Of a DNA stretch of 64,000 bases, positions 9,792 through 19,413 are shown in pieces. The notes under the pieces were generated by a model. The model was not told where the DNA came from, searched no databases, and saw nothing but the letters and a program-made list of their open reading frames with translations. Position numbers and translations under genes: made by a program. Source of the stretch: a virus (lineage: Duplodnaviria; Caudoviricetes); the IMG/VR virus record IMGVR_UViG_3300033062_001341, positions 16,898 through 80,897 of that record; one strand, 5' to 3'. Positions within the stretch are counted from its first letter, which is position 1; each line of letters opens with the position of its first letter.

Positions 9792-10652
9792 TTAGAATGG
9801 TAAATCTGAATCAGCCTCATCTTCAGCTTGAGGGTCAACTGCCTTTGCAGGTGCTGCCTTTTTGCTACCACCGAAAGTTTCTTCAGCAACCGTTGCATCA
9901 CCGTAAACGTATCCACCTTTTTCAGTGTCCCATTTTGGTGTCTCACCTCTTGCAATCGCCTCAAGGTATTCAACAGGTTTTTTAGAATATACATCCAACC
10001 AAGTTAACTCGTCATTAATCCAAGCATTAGCTTGCTCTTTTTCTGCGTGAACAGGAGCTTGGTCTTCGTACATAATTGTAGATACACTTGTGTACTCTTT
10101 ACCTGCCGGTGTTTTAGATTTTGTTAACTCGATGATTAAATCACGTCCTGTTGTAGGGTCAGTGATATCACCTTTGTTTCTCCAAATTGGAATGATTTTG
10201 TCCAAGATACCATCGTTCTTGTAATTGTGTTTGAATCTCCAAAACTTTGGACCGTCTTCTTCGTGGTCTCTGTCGATTACTTTAACGATATAGAACTTAC
10301 GAGACTTATATTGTTTCGCCAATTCTTTATCCGATTCTTTGCCCGTAGACATCAATTCTTCATAAACCTCATTCAAAGGTGAACGCTCGTTGTCATTCTT
10401 TCCTGGGTCGTAGAACTTCTGCCATTGACCACCAACTTGAATTTCGTGGTACCAAGCTTCTTTAAACGGTGATGAACCGTCTTGAGTAGGAAGGATTCTT
10501 ACTCTTCTCTGTCCTGATTTCTCTTTATCACCAAGGATTAAAGCGAAATACTTTTTCATTCTTTCGTCTTGCGACATTTTACTTTGGGCCCCGCCCGATG
10601 AATTCTGTGATTTCTCATACTGTGCCAATACGGCGTCTAATACGTTACTCAT
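9792..10652 (-). CDS. Single-stranded DNA-binding protein (T4 gp32-like)
   Basis: RVRILP, PF...WYH, KFYIVKVIDR, GPKFWRF, GRDLII; acidic tail EDEADSDLPF. Confidence 0.85.
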   Translation of the reverse strand: MSNVLDAVLAQYEKSQNSSGGAQSKMSQDERMKKYFALILGDKEKSGQRRVRILPTQDGSSPFKEAWYHEIQVGGQWQKFYDPGKNDNERSPLNEVYEELMSTGKESDKELAKQYKSRKFYIVKVIDRDHEEDGPKFWRFKHNYKNDGILDKIIPIWRNKGDITDPTTGRDLIIELTKSKTPAGKEYTSVSTIMYEDQAPVHAEKEQANAWINDELTWLDVYSKKPVEYLEAIARGETPKWDTEKGGYVYGDATVAEETFGGSKKAAPAKAVDPQAEDEADSDLPF

Positions 10653-10684
10653 GTTTTTTTGATTAAAATTATTAAATTGTTTAT

Positions 10685-10716
10685 TAAATATAAGTATAAA
10701 TTGGTTCTATGTCAAA
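10685..10716 (-). promoter_or_regulatory. Early/middle-type promoter of SSB operon
   Basis: Reads as TTGACA-N17-TATATT (10715..10687) and equally as Bacteroidota-like TTTG-N20-TATATTTA. Confidence 0.65.
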
Positions 10717-10744
10717 TAAAAAAAGGTCATCTTTCGATGACCTT
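10716..10744 (-). terminator. Intrinsic terminator
   Basis: 9-bp stem AAGGTCATC/GATGACCTT with GAAA loop (- strand) followed by a T-run. Confidence 0.8.
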
Positions 10745-10765
10745 CTTATTAATTATTTTATTCAA

Positions 10766-11443
10766 TTACATTAAATCGTTTTCTGTTGGTTGGAATGATT
10801 TTTTGACATCATTCGCATTAATATCAGTAACGTCATCTGATGTTAACACATAATCTTTCTTACCTGTTAATTCCATTTCTTCTTTCTTATCTTCAAAAAA
10901 ATCAGATAATTTTTGGTTGAAAGGATAAGAATCATAAGACCTTAACTCCAATTTCTCTTGAGGAGTTTTTTCTCTGTATTTCTCAATCTTAGCTTCAAGA
11001 GTATTTAATTTGGACATGATTTGGTCCATCTCTCCTAACCTTGATTCTAATTTAGTTAATTGACCAAATAGATTTTCAAAATAATCTTCTTGCTTTTGTT
11101 CAATACTTTTTTGAGAATCAACGAGTTCAGTGATATCTAATTCTTCACTACCACTTTCTTCATCATCTTTCTTTTCTTCAGATTCACCTTCATCATCAAT
11201 CTTTTCAACATCAGGGTCATTTGCAACATCAATTGGTTGAGGTGTTGCGTCTGCCGCTGGTGCTGCTGGTGGGGGTGCCGCTGCTGCAGGGTCTGCAGGT
11301 GGTGGTGGTGCTACCGCTCCTAAGTCAGCCGCTGGGTCAGCAGGTGGTGGAGGAACTGCAGCATCTAAAGCTTGCTCAGTTATGTATTTGTTGATATTTC
11401 TATATCTTTCAATTTCGCTGATAATTTTTCTATCTAAGCTCAT
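10766..11443 (-). CDS. Hypothetical protein, Pro/Ala-rich and acidic, with coiled coil
   Basis: PPPPADP repeats, acidic run, heptad segment LTKLESRLGEMDQIMSKL. Confidence 0.6.
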   Translation of the reverse strand: MSLDRKIISEIERYRNINKYITEQALDAAVPPPPADPAADLGAVAPPPPADPAAAAPPPAAPAADATPQPIDVANDPDVEKIDDEGESEEKKDDEESGSEELDITELVDSQKSIEQKQEDYFENLFGQLTKLESRLGEMDQIMSKLNTLEAKIEKYREKTPQEKLELRSYDSYPFNQKLSDFFEDKKEEMELTGKKDYVLTSDDVTDINANDVKKSFQPTENDLM

Positions 11444-11447
11444 GTTG

Positions 11448-11672
11448 TTATCCGTTTAAAAGTTGTTTTATTCCTTTGGCAGTTTCTACTCTAACTCTTC
11501 TGTTAGCTGTTGTTTGATGGCCTGCTCTTTCAATTAGTCCATCTCTTTCTCTTACTGTATAACAGTCGCCAGTATCCAAATCACAAACTTGTTTACTTCC
11601 GTCTCCGTTATCTTCCTCAGAATATCTCACTGATTTTCCAAGGTAATTGTTCAATGCTGATTTTAAGTCCAT
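11448..11672 (-). CDS. Hypothetical protein
   Basis: 74 aa, preceded by TATTTATA motif; CxxxxxxC. Confidence 0.55.
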   Translation of the reverse strand: MDLKSALNNYLGKSVRYSEEDNGDGSKQVCDLDTGDCYTVRERDGLIERAGHQTTANRRVRVETAKGIKQLLNG

Positions 11673-11711
11673 AAAAATCTTTTATTATAAATATACTAAT
11701 TCACCGTTAAA

Positions 11712-14700
11712 TTAAGTTTTTAAGATTTTGAACTTGTACGATGTGTTTATTTGTTTTTTATTTTTGTCTGTTGGTATTGTTGTTAAGAACACTCCTCCAA
11801 GTATTTCCTTTGTTTTTTGGATTTCTTCTTTTGTAAATTCTCCGCTGTTTTCTATTATATCATCAATATCAAGTGAGCTAATAGAAAATAATTGTCCTCT
11901 ATTTAAAACATATCCAGTCTTTGTGAATCCAGCTTCTCCAATTAACACCTTTTTTATTGAATTGTTTGCACCTATCTCATAACCAAATAATTGTAATTGT
12001 ATATTCACGCTCTCGTTTATAGTCCATGTACCAACTTGATTGTCTGTATTCACATTAGCCTTTATGTTTACCATAGTTCCTGTTGGAAGTGTTGTAATTG
12101 TTTCAAGTAAAACTTTAGGTCCTGTTTGTCCGTCGTTGAATGTAGAGCTCTCATCATTAGCAATTTTTGTTTGGTCTTGTTGACTCACATTAGTTGTATT
12201 TTTTGGTATCGCGGAGCCGAGAGTATTTGTAGTCGCAGGGTCATAAGTAAACTTACCACTACTTGTCGCATTACCAAACTGACCTTTAACGGAAACCTCA
12301 ATACCTTGTGTTGTATTTATCGTTACTTTAGGTACTGTAACAATAATCTGAGTTCCGTCTTTAGATTTTATAAGTCCTTTAATAACCTTGACATTACCAT
12401 TGAATGTAACCTCTGTTACTGAATCAAGTTGTTTTCCTTTAATAGTTAAAATGGTATTCTCACCACCTAAGGTAGGAGTAAACGATGTTATAGAAGGTGG
12501 TAAACATGCACTAGTTCCTGAAGTACCACTAGTACCAGAAGTTCCAGCAGTACTACTTGTACCAGACGTTCCTGATGTACCACTAGTACCAGAGGTTCCA
12601 GCAGTGCCACTTGTACCAGACGTTCCTGATGTACCACTAGTACCAGAACTTCCATTAGCACCATCCAAGTCAGGCAATCCTAAACTATTTGCCGATTTAA
12701 TCGCCTTCTCAAAAGTTTCTTGTACTGTTTTAAATTCTTTATCTTTGTTTGTATCGTAATACTGCTCAGTTAAATTAGAAATTGGCCAATAACAAACATA
12801 ATACTTTATTAATCCCAATTGTGTTATTCTTTTAATGTTAGGTTGTAATTTCGAAATCATGAAATCAATGAATCTACCTACATTTTCAAAGTTTGCAATT
12901 GGTAAAATATTAGTACTTGTTTTTGTTGTTGAATTAGTCTTAGCAACATCTAAACAAACATATTTCTTTTGGGCTTGAGTAAAATATACATTGTTATTAC
13001 CGTAATCTAAATCTAATGTTACAGACGCAAAGTTATTATTTACACCCACAAATGTTGATGTTTTAGGTCCAGGTTGATTAGTTCTAACATAACAAATACA
13101 GTAAATAATTGTCTGAAGTATTCCATTAGTTGTTTTAGAAACAATTGCATCTTTGAATGCTTTTGCATCCAATGATGTTGTTTGAGCAACATCCGTAACC
13201 CATCCCTGCTCACTGTATATCGGATTTAACTTTGCAGTACAAGAATTTTGTTCCGCAGTTTTTGCCGCTGCCTCTTGAACTACTTTAGCAGCCTTATTAA
13301 TATCAGTCGATGCAATTGCAGGATTAGGCGGTTCGTCTTTTTTGTTCAATACTGCTTGTTCAATTTTAGTTAAAAGATTTTGATTTATACTTTGTAAGAA
13401 GGTATCAATTGCCGGTAAATCAAACATACCTTGTCTAACACCTGTAAGTGTTGTTTCAAAACCACCAGGACTAATAGCATGAGAAACATCCGTAATCATA
13501 TATGGTCCATTAAACATCGGTACGTGTTGTAAATTAAAATACATTGTAGGTTGCAATAACGCATTTCCTAAACATTGTACCGTACACTTATAACTTCTTT
13601 GTTTATACAAATTATACAAACTAACGTTTTGAGTTGCAACATTTCTACCATTCGCTTGGTTAATCATATTCAACTCGGTATTAATTGATTCGGATGTTGC
13701 TTTACCAGCTTCTTGAGAAACTTGAAACGAATAGAAAACATTTTGATTTCTTATTCCTATCTCAACATTAAAACCAACACACCTATTTGACAAACCATAA
13801 TCCTTCTTATTTTGCATATTCTCAATTAAAGGATTTTCAGACGCTCTTCTCATCTCGAAACTATCATCTCTAAATCTAAAATTACCTTTTGGTAAGTTCA
13901 AATACTCTGAAGGTTTACCAACATAAAAACAAATCATTTTTGGACCTGAGTCTCTGTAATCAACATTTAAAAATGTTCCCCACATATTGTTAGCAAACTG
14001 TAATGAACCTTCACTTTTCGTGAAATTAACACCTGTAACGTCTTGTACGTTGTAGAAGTTAACATATGCTGGTAATGGCATAACATTAAAGTTATTCTTA
14101 ATTAAAATTCCACTAATCAATGTGAATACGCTCATTGATTCGGTATAGGCGTTTTGGTTTAAAACATTTTGTAAATCAAATATATCTATGATAACTGTGT
14201 CACCGATGTTTCTTGAAGCTCTGTCTAAGAACAACATATCTTCAAATAACGTTTTTGTTTTGTAGTCTCCACCAGCAATCCATTTGTCATTAAGAGCTTT
14301 AAACATTTCATAGTTTTCAACTTTGGATTGTTGTCCGTCTATAACTGATTGAATTACTTTTTCAGGTAGTTGTGATTGTTCAGGTAGTTTCGCTCTGACT
14401 GAAGACATTGTATCATTTATTATAAGACTTTGTAAATTACTACCATTTGAAATAAACTCTGTGATTTGATTTTTAAATGATGTACTTGTTATCGATGGGT
14501 CTAATAACTTTCTTGTCGCATATATCTTAATTAATTGTGATAACAACGTGATGTTTTGAACCGTGAACGCAACGTTGTTATCAACAAAGAAGTCTGTAAT
14601 ATATGAACCTCTATCGGTGTATATCAAGTTTTCTATTGTTGAAAATCCTACCTCAGTTTTCAATGCCGCCCATTGTGTCGAATAACTCGCCTGACTTTGA

Positions 14701-17700
14701 GCAAGACTAATATTACCCCCCAATGTTGGTAACGTTCCTTTTTGATAAACCCCGAAGTTAATTGGGTCTATAACGTCATTAATGAATGAGTTGAAAACTC
14801 TTCTATTATAATTTCCAGGATTACCGTATCTCAAAAGGACATCATACTCCATAAAACTTTTTATGTTAGATGCAAACACTTGTGCTTGAGTCGCCGCTGT
14901 GTCTTTAAAATATTGTTCTTCTGTTCCCCCGTTTTGAGCTGGTACTGTCATCAAAGTTCTCATCAACGCTTGGAAATTCTTAAAGTTGGCATTGGTATCT
15001 ATTGGTGATTGTCCAAGACCTACAATACTTAAAGCTCCGTTTAAAGTGTTGTTCGGTTTACAGAAACTTAAAAACTCTTGTTCAAACTGATTTAAAATTG
15101 ACTTATCGAACACAGAAAAAATTTCTTCTATCTTAGTGTAAGTATCACCTGAAAGAAGCGTCATTGGTGATTGATTCGAAGATAATGTTTCATTTAAAGA
15201 TAGTGGATTAATATAATTCATATAAGAATCCGGCTTTGGTTTAACGATTGTTGTCGAATCGAAATACCCATAGTTAGGTGCTGCCCATAGTGTTCTGACA
15301 CTTCCGTTATACATTGATTGGTTACTACTTAAATTAACAACAGTCTTATTGTTACTAATACATTGTGCCGCTGTCTGATTGAGTACGGTACCAAAAGAAG
15401 GTACAACATAATATTCCAATCCAACTGTATTATTAGCGGGAACACAAACATCCGCCGTTTTCGTTGAGTTATCTATTAAGTCAGGTATCATAACACTAAA
15501 AGGCTTAACATCAACGTATCTATCTCCTTGAAGAACCGAGTTTATGTTCGATTCTTTAATTGAGAATAACTTCATCCCTCTATTTAAACTTCTTTGAATT
15601 TCTTCGTTTGTATAGTTTTGATATAAATCATATCCATTGTAGAAGTAGTTGAAATCATTAACAACTTTAGGATAGAATCCATTTTGTATTGTAATTCGGG
15701 TTGTTGTTTCGCTTTGAAGAACAATTTTTTCTGTTCTAATTTGTCCATCAACACCTTTCACTTGATAACTATATTCATGAGCGACTGAACCTCCTATTGG
15801 GTCGTAGTTGGTAATATAATTAAAGTTTGTCCACGCGGTATCTAATATATCAACACCTGTTTCTGTATATCTTTTATATCTATGCCAAATAGAACCCATC
15901 TTCAATATCCAAGCGTAGGGCACCTTATGCAGTGCTCCAAATTTTTTGAATACCGACGCCATATAGTCCAAGTCAGTAGTCTTACCATTCTCATATGTCT
16001 TATATCTTTCTCTTAATGAAATTAGTGGTAAAGAATTAATAAACAGATAAGCTCCTTGAACATACGGATATAGGTCACTTCTTCTTTGATTATAAACACC
16101 ATTTTGAATTGCATTTACAAAAAATGGTGTATTAATAATTGATGTTGTTGTTTGGGCTGTAAAAGTCGATACTGGTGATGGAAAATAACAATATCCCTCA
16201 GTTGGGTAAAATTCGTCTTGTCCTCTAAAACTATAAAAGAAACTTAACGTATTATTTGATAATCCATCTGAAGGGTTAGAAACTTTCAAATATGAAAAGT
16301 TTGTTACTGGTCTGTTAACACTATAATTTGTTATATCATTGAAATTAGCAATAACATTATTATCCGAAAAAACTTTATATGTTTTATTTGTATTATAAAC
16401 TAAATCATTAGTATTTTTAGGTGAAGTATCCATATTACGTAAACACCATGTAGGGTCAGTAAATGGATACGTATCTAATAACATTGGAGTGTTATACGCC
16501 CCCTTAACAATCTCAGTTAAAGCCTTTGGGTCTGGTGCGGCTACTGGTATTTTTCCTGTATTATTTACATCCAAAATAGAGAATGAAGTTTCAGTAATCG
16601 CCTTAAGATATGGTGTGATGTAGAAATCTCTTATGAAGTCTTGATATGCTCTACCAGTTCCTTGGTTGGAAATTGTTTGTAATGTGGTTTGGAAATTTGA
16701 GGCATTAATATCTAAGTTCTTTAACTTTACAGTCAAATACGGAGAACTTCCTCCTAAACTTTTAACAATATTTGATGACTCACAAAGTGTGTTATATTTT
16801 TGAAACACGTCCGTACCGTTGTTATTCCCTAATAGTCTTACATAATTTGAATAAAACGCCGTAATATATTGTCTCTCCCAAATTTCATAGAAGAATTTAA
16901 TCTCTTCCTTATTAAGATATGCTATACCCTCATTTGGAAATTCAATCGCATTAACGTTAGTTATTATTGTTTTGTTTTCCGCACCTATTGACGGTTGGCT
17001 AAGAGGATTTTGAAATTTTTGAGTTAGTCCTCTCATATATTCTTCAACGAACTCAACCTCAGGCCATTTATCATACAGATAACCTTTAGTCAGATTAACC
17101 ACAGAAGGGTCTGCAAGATACTTCAATTGGAATCTACCCTTTTTATCTTCAGGGGTTTCCACAAAAAATTGAGGCCAAGGATAAACGGGAATTTGAGAGG
17201 TAGATAAACCTTGATTTGATTGCTGTGCAGACGTTGATATCTTAACAACCTGTACAGTATCTGAGCCAGGTGCAGATGATGGATTGTCTAATATCGCTGC
17301 CTTTCTAATTGGGTCGTATTTTACATTCCATGCATTAGTATGAACATCATCCATCAATCTAATAAACGCCTCAGCAGATGCCATAAGTACAGCAATAACA
17401 TTTCTCACTGTAGGTTTAAAACCTAATCCTGTTGCCTTATCTTCGATTTTTCTTGCTAAGTCAGCAGACAATAGTGTTTCCGCCTCCGATAATTTAGCAT
17501 TAGCTTGTGTCTCCATGTTGGCAATATTCTTGTCAAACTTTTTGTCACCTTCAAATATAATAAATTGTGGGAAAACAATATTTGTGAACGAAGTAAGAGT
17601 TGCATTTTTTTCGACCTCGAATGCCGGTTTTAACTGCTTAAGTAGTTTTGTTACAACGTTCAACTTATCCTGTTCTGTTGGCAAAACAATACCTGTTTGA

Positions 17701-19100
17701 CTTCTTACTGTGTCAGTTAATTCAATATCGGCATAATTTACATCTTTAAAAAAATCATCATATTTTATTGGGTTTGTTATTGGTGATGAGCCGGTTTTAC
17801 CTAATGTTGGATTTTCCGCTAATGCAATATTATATCTTGCAACTAAATCAGAAAGTTTTGATTTTGCCTCTGCCTTTCCAGCCTCATCTATGTTTGCTTT
17901 GAACGCATAAACATTTTGTCCACCCCTCAAAACTATTGGTCTTATTTCACAATATGTGTTAAACCACGATGTTTCAGAACCCCTCACATTTGCAAAATAA
18001 TCAGTAAGTTTTTGTTTATACGTTCTAATATTAGTCAAAGGCTCAACATTTGATTTCTTATACGAGTTAACAATCGCTTGTTCAAAGTTCGCAAGTTTGT
18101 TCATTAATTGTTGAACCGTCAATTCAGGAAAATCAGGAGCAACTAATCCTTTGGCTTTGTACTCGCTATAAATCTCAACAACTTTTTGATATCCTCTTTC
18201 CGCAACTATTTCTGTTGTCACGTTGTTTGTGCTTGTCGTTCCAATACCAGTTCTTCCTGCCTCTGTAGCCGAAGCTTTTATATCATTTGAGTTTTGGGAT
18301 TGTGTCGGAGATTGTGTTATTTGAAATCTTTGAGAGTACATGTGAGGTGCAGCCAATAAATGACCGAATGCAATCTCATTCAATATATTAAATTTGTATC
18401 CCTTGAAGTTCAACGTTACTTGATAGTTTCCACTAAACGAGTTGAATCTAGCATTGAATGTGTAAAGATTTAATTGATATCTTATTGCCTGACCATAATA
18501 CCCTTTCAAGGTTAAATAGAATGGACAATATGGTAAGTTAAAAAACGCAGCGTAAGGTGAATTATTACCAAGTTCAAATAACGCCTTTCCTTGAATGTCC
18601 TCAAGCTCGATGTCAACACTTGGGATAAATGATGTACCTGTTCTAATGTTAATACTTGTAATACCCAATAAACCTGTATCAATAACATTGGTTTCGTCCG
18701 CAACACTATTTCTTATGTATGGTTTTTCACCATTTCCAAAATTAATAACACTTTCTTTAGGTTGATTTACAGCTTGAAATTTTGTAGAATTTTCTCCCGT
18801 TAACTCATCATAATAACCTGTACCTAAAGAATTATTTTTAGTCGGTTTAAGAAAATTAATTTTTGCAACAGATATTGTTCTGATTCTATCTTCAGGACTT
18901 CCTCCCACTGATAATTTTGTTCTTGGAATAATCTCGGCTTCAAGATTTGCATACATAACCAAATTCTCGTGGTCTACAAGTCTTTCTCGGATTTTACCCA
19001 TATTATCAATAGTCTTATTTGGGTCAACCACAATAAGATTATTATAATCGAAATCCACTAATATATTCCCGCTGTTATCAGCTTGTAGGTTACCTGCCAT
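11712..19100 (-). CDS. Giant baseplate hub protein (gp27/GpD/VgrG-like) with GTS repeats and IPT/TIG domain
   Basis: YKCTVQCLGNALLQPTMYFNL...NGPYMITDVSHAISPGGFETTL is a hub-type signature; IPT-like PPSITSFTP...TIKGKQL...FTY near the C-terminus. Confidence 0.65.
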   Translation of the reverse strand: MAGNLQADNSGNILVDFDYNNLIVVDPNKTIDNMGKIRERLVDHENLVMYANLEAEIIPRTKLSVGGSPEDRIRTISVAKINFLKPTKNNSLGTGYYDELTGENSTKFQAVNQPKESVINFGNGEKPYIRNSVADETNVIDTGLLGITSINIRTGTSFIPSVDIELEDIQGKALFELGNNSPYAAFFNLPYCPFYLTLKGYYGQAIRYQLNLYTFNARFNSFSGNYQVTLNFKGYKFNILNEIAFGHLLAAPHMYSQRFQITQSPTQSQNSNDIKASATEAGRTGIGTTSTNNVTTEIVAERGYQKVVEIYSEYKAKGLVAPDFPELTVQQLMNKLANFEQAIVNSYKKSNVEPLTNIRTYKQKLTDYFANVRGSETSWFNTYCEIRPIVLRGGQNVYAFKANIDEAGKAEAKSKLSDLVARYNIALAENPTLGKTGSSPITNPIKYDDFFKDVNYADIELTDTVRSQTGIVLPTEQDKLNVVTKLLKQLKPAFEVEKNATLTSFTNIVFPQFIIFEGDKKFDKNIANMETQANAKLSEAETLLSADLARKIEDKATGLGFKPTVRNVIAVLMASAEAFIRLMDDVHTNAWNVKYDPIRKAAILDNPSSAPGSDTVQVVKISTSAQQSNQGLSTSQIPVYPWPQFFVETPEDKKGRFQLKYLADPSVVNLTKGYLYDKWPEVEFVEEYMRGLTQKFQNPLSQPSIGAENKTIITNVNAIEFPNEGIAYLNKEEIKFFYEIWERQYITAFYSNYVRLLGNNNGTDVFQKYNTLCESSNIVKSLGGSSPYLTVKLKNLDINASNFQTTLQTISNQGTGRAYQDFIRDFYITPYLKAITETSFSILDVNNTGKIPVAAPDPKALTEIVKGAYNTPMLLDTYPFTDPTWCLRNMDTSPKNTNDLVYNTNKTYKVFSDNNVIANFNDITNYSVNRPVTNFSYLKVSNPSDGLSNNTLSFFYSFRGQDEFYPTEGYCYFPSPVSTFTAQTTTSIINTPFFVNAIQNGVYNQRRSDLYPYVQGAYLFINSLPLISLRERYKTYENGKTTDLDYMASVFKKFGALHKVPYAWILKMGSIWHRYKRYTETGVDILDTAWTNFNYITNYDPIGGSVAHEYSYQVKGVDGQIRTEKIVLQSETTTRITIQNGFYPKVVNDFNYFYNGYDLYQNYTNEEIQRSLNRGMKLFSIKESNINSVLQGDRYVDVKPFSVMIPDLIDNSTKTADVCVPANNTVGLEYYVVPSFGTVLNQTAAQCISNNKTVVNLSSNQSMYNGSVRTLWAAPNYGYFDSTTIVKPKPDSYMNYINPLSLNETLSSNQSPMTLLSGDTYTKIEEIFSVFDKSILNQFEQEFLSFCKPNNTLNGALSIVGLGQSPIDTNANFKNFQALMRTLMTVPAQNGGTEEQYFKDTAATQAQVFASNIKSFMEYDVLLRYGNPGNYNRRVFNSFINDVIDPINFGVYQKGTLPTLGGNISLAQSQASYSTQWAALKTEVGFSTIENLIYTDRGSYITDFFVDNNVAFTVQNITLLSQLIKIYATRKLLDPSITSTSFKNQITEFISNGSNLQSLIINDTMSSVRAKLPEQSQLPEKVIQSVIDGQQSKVENYEMFKALNDKWIAGGDYKTKTLFEDMLFLDRASRNIGDTVIIDIFDLQNVLNQNAYTESMSVFTLISGILIKNNFNVMPLPAYVNFYNVQDVTGVNFTKSEGSLQFANNMWGTFLNVDYRDSGPKMICFYVGKPSEYLNLPKGNFRFRDDSFEMRRASENPLIENMQNKKDYGLSNRCVGFNVEIGIRNQNVFYSFQVSQEAGKATSESINTELNMINQANGRNVATQNVSLYNLYKQRSYKCTVQCLGNALLQPTMYFNLQHVPMFNGPYMITDVSHAISPGGFETTLTGVRQGMFDLPAIDTFLQSINQNLLTKIEQAVLNKKDEPPNPAIASTDINKAAKVVQEAAAKTAEQNSCTAKLNPIYSEQGWVTDVAQTTSLDAKAFKDAIVSKTTNGILQTIIYCICYVRTNQPGPKTSTFVGVNNNFASVTLDLDYGNNNVYFTQAQKKYVCLDVAKTNSTTKTSTNILPIANFENVGRFIDFMISKLQPNIKRITQLGLIKYYVCYWPISNLTEQYYDTNKDKEFKTVQETFEKAIKSANSLGLPDLDGANGSSGTSGTSGTSGTSGTAGTSGTSGTSGTSGTSSTAGTSGTSGTSGTSACLPPSITSFTPTLGGENTILTIKGKQLDSVTEVTFNGNVKVIKGLIKSKDGTQIIVTVPKVTINTTQGIEVSVKGQFGNATSSGKFTYDPATTNTLGSAIPKNTTNVSQQDQTKIANDESSTFNDGQTGPKVLLETITTLPTGTMVNIKANVNTDNQVGTWTINESVNIQLQLFGYEIGANNSIKKVLIGEAGFTKTGYVLNRGQLFSISSLDIDDIIENSGEFTKEEIQKTKEILGGVFLTTIPTDKNKKQINTSYKFKILKT
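12510..12660 (-). repeat. (GTS)n low-complexity repeat within hub protein
   Basis: SGTSGTSGTSGTAGTS...; a ~37-nt unit recurs with 54-nt period. Confidence 0.85.
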
Positions 19101-19413
19101 AATAATAAAAATAATTTTCTAACGCACCTTTATAGTCCTGTAATGAAGCTATAAGCGGAAATGGAATAATCAATACTGCACCGTCATAAATATTATTTTC
19201 TAATCCACCAAATTCAGGATTTGCTTGTAATATTAACCAACTAAAGTATGGAGCATTATAAAATTCTTGAGAAACTTTATCCAACCTACTTCTACCTACT
19301 TTATAAATAAAAGTTTGGTCTGTTGGTTTTGATGGTATATTAACAAAAGGCACAACAGTTTGTTCACCATTGATGATGAATTCACTGTATCGATTATAAT
19401 ATGAATATGCCAT
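19090..19413 (-). CDS. LysM-like baseplate protein (T4 gp53 / P2 gpX-like)
   Basis: RLDKVSQEFYNAPYFSWLILQANP...LIIP. Confidence 0.75.
   Translation of the reverse strand: MAYSYYNRYSEFIINGEQTVVPFVNIPSKPTDQTFIYKVGRSRLDKVSQEFYNAPYFSWLILQANPEFGGLENNIYDGAVLIIPFPLIASLQDYKGALENYFYYYGR

Noticed and set aside
12388-12759. + strand ORF with VPxVPx repeats
   Set aside because: Antisense of the GTS repeat and IPT domain
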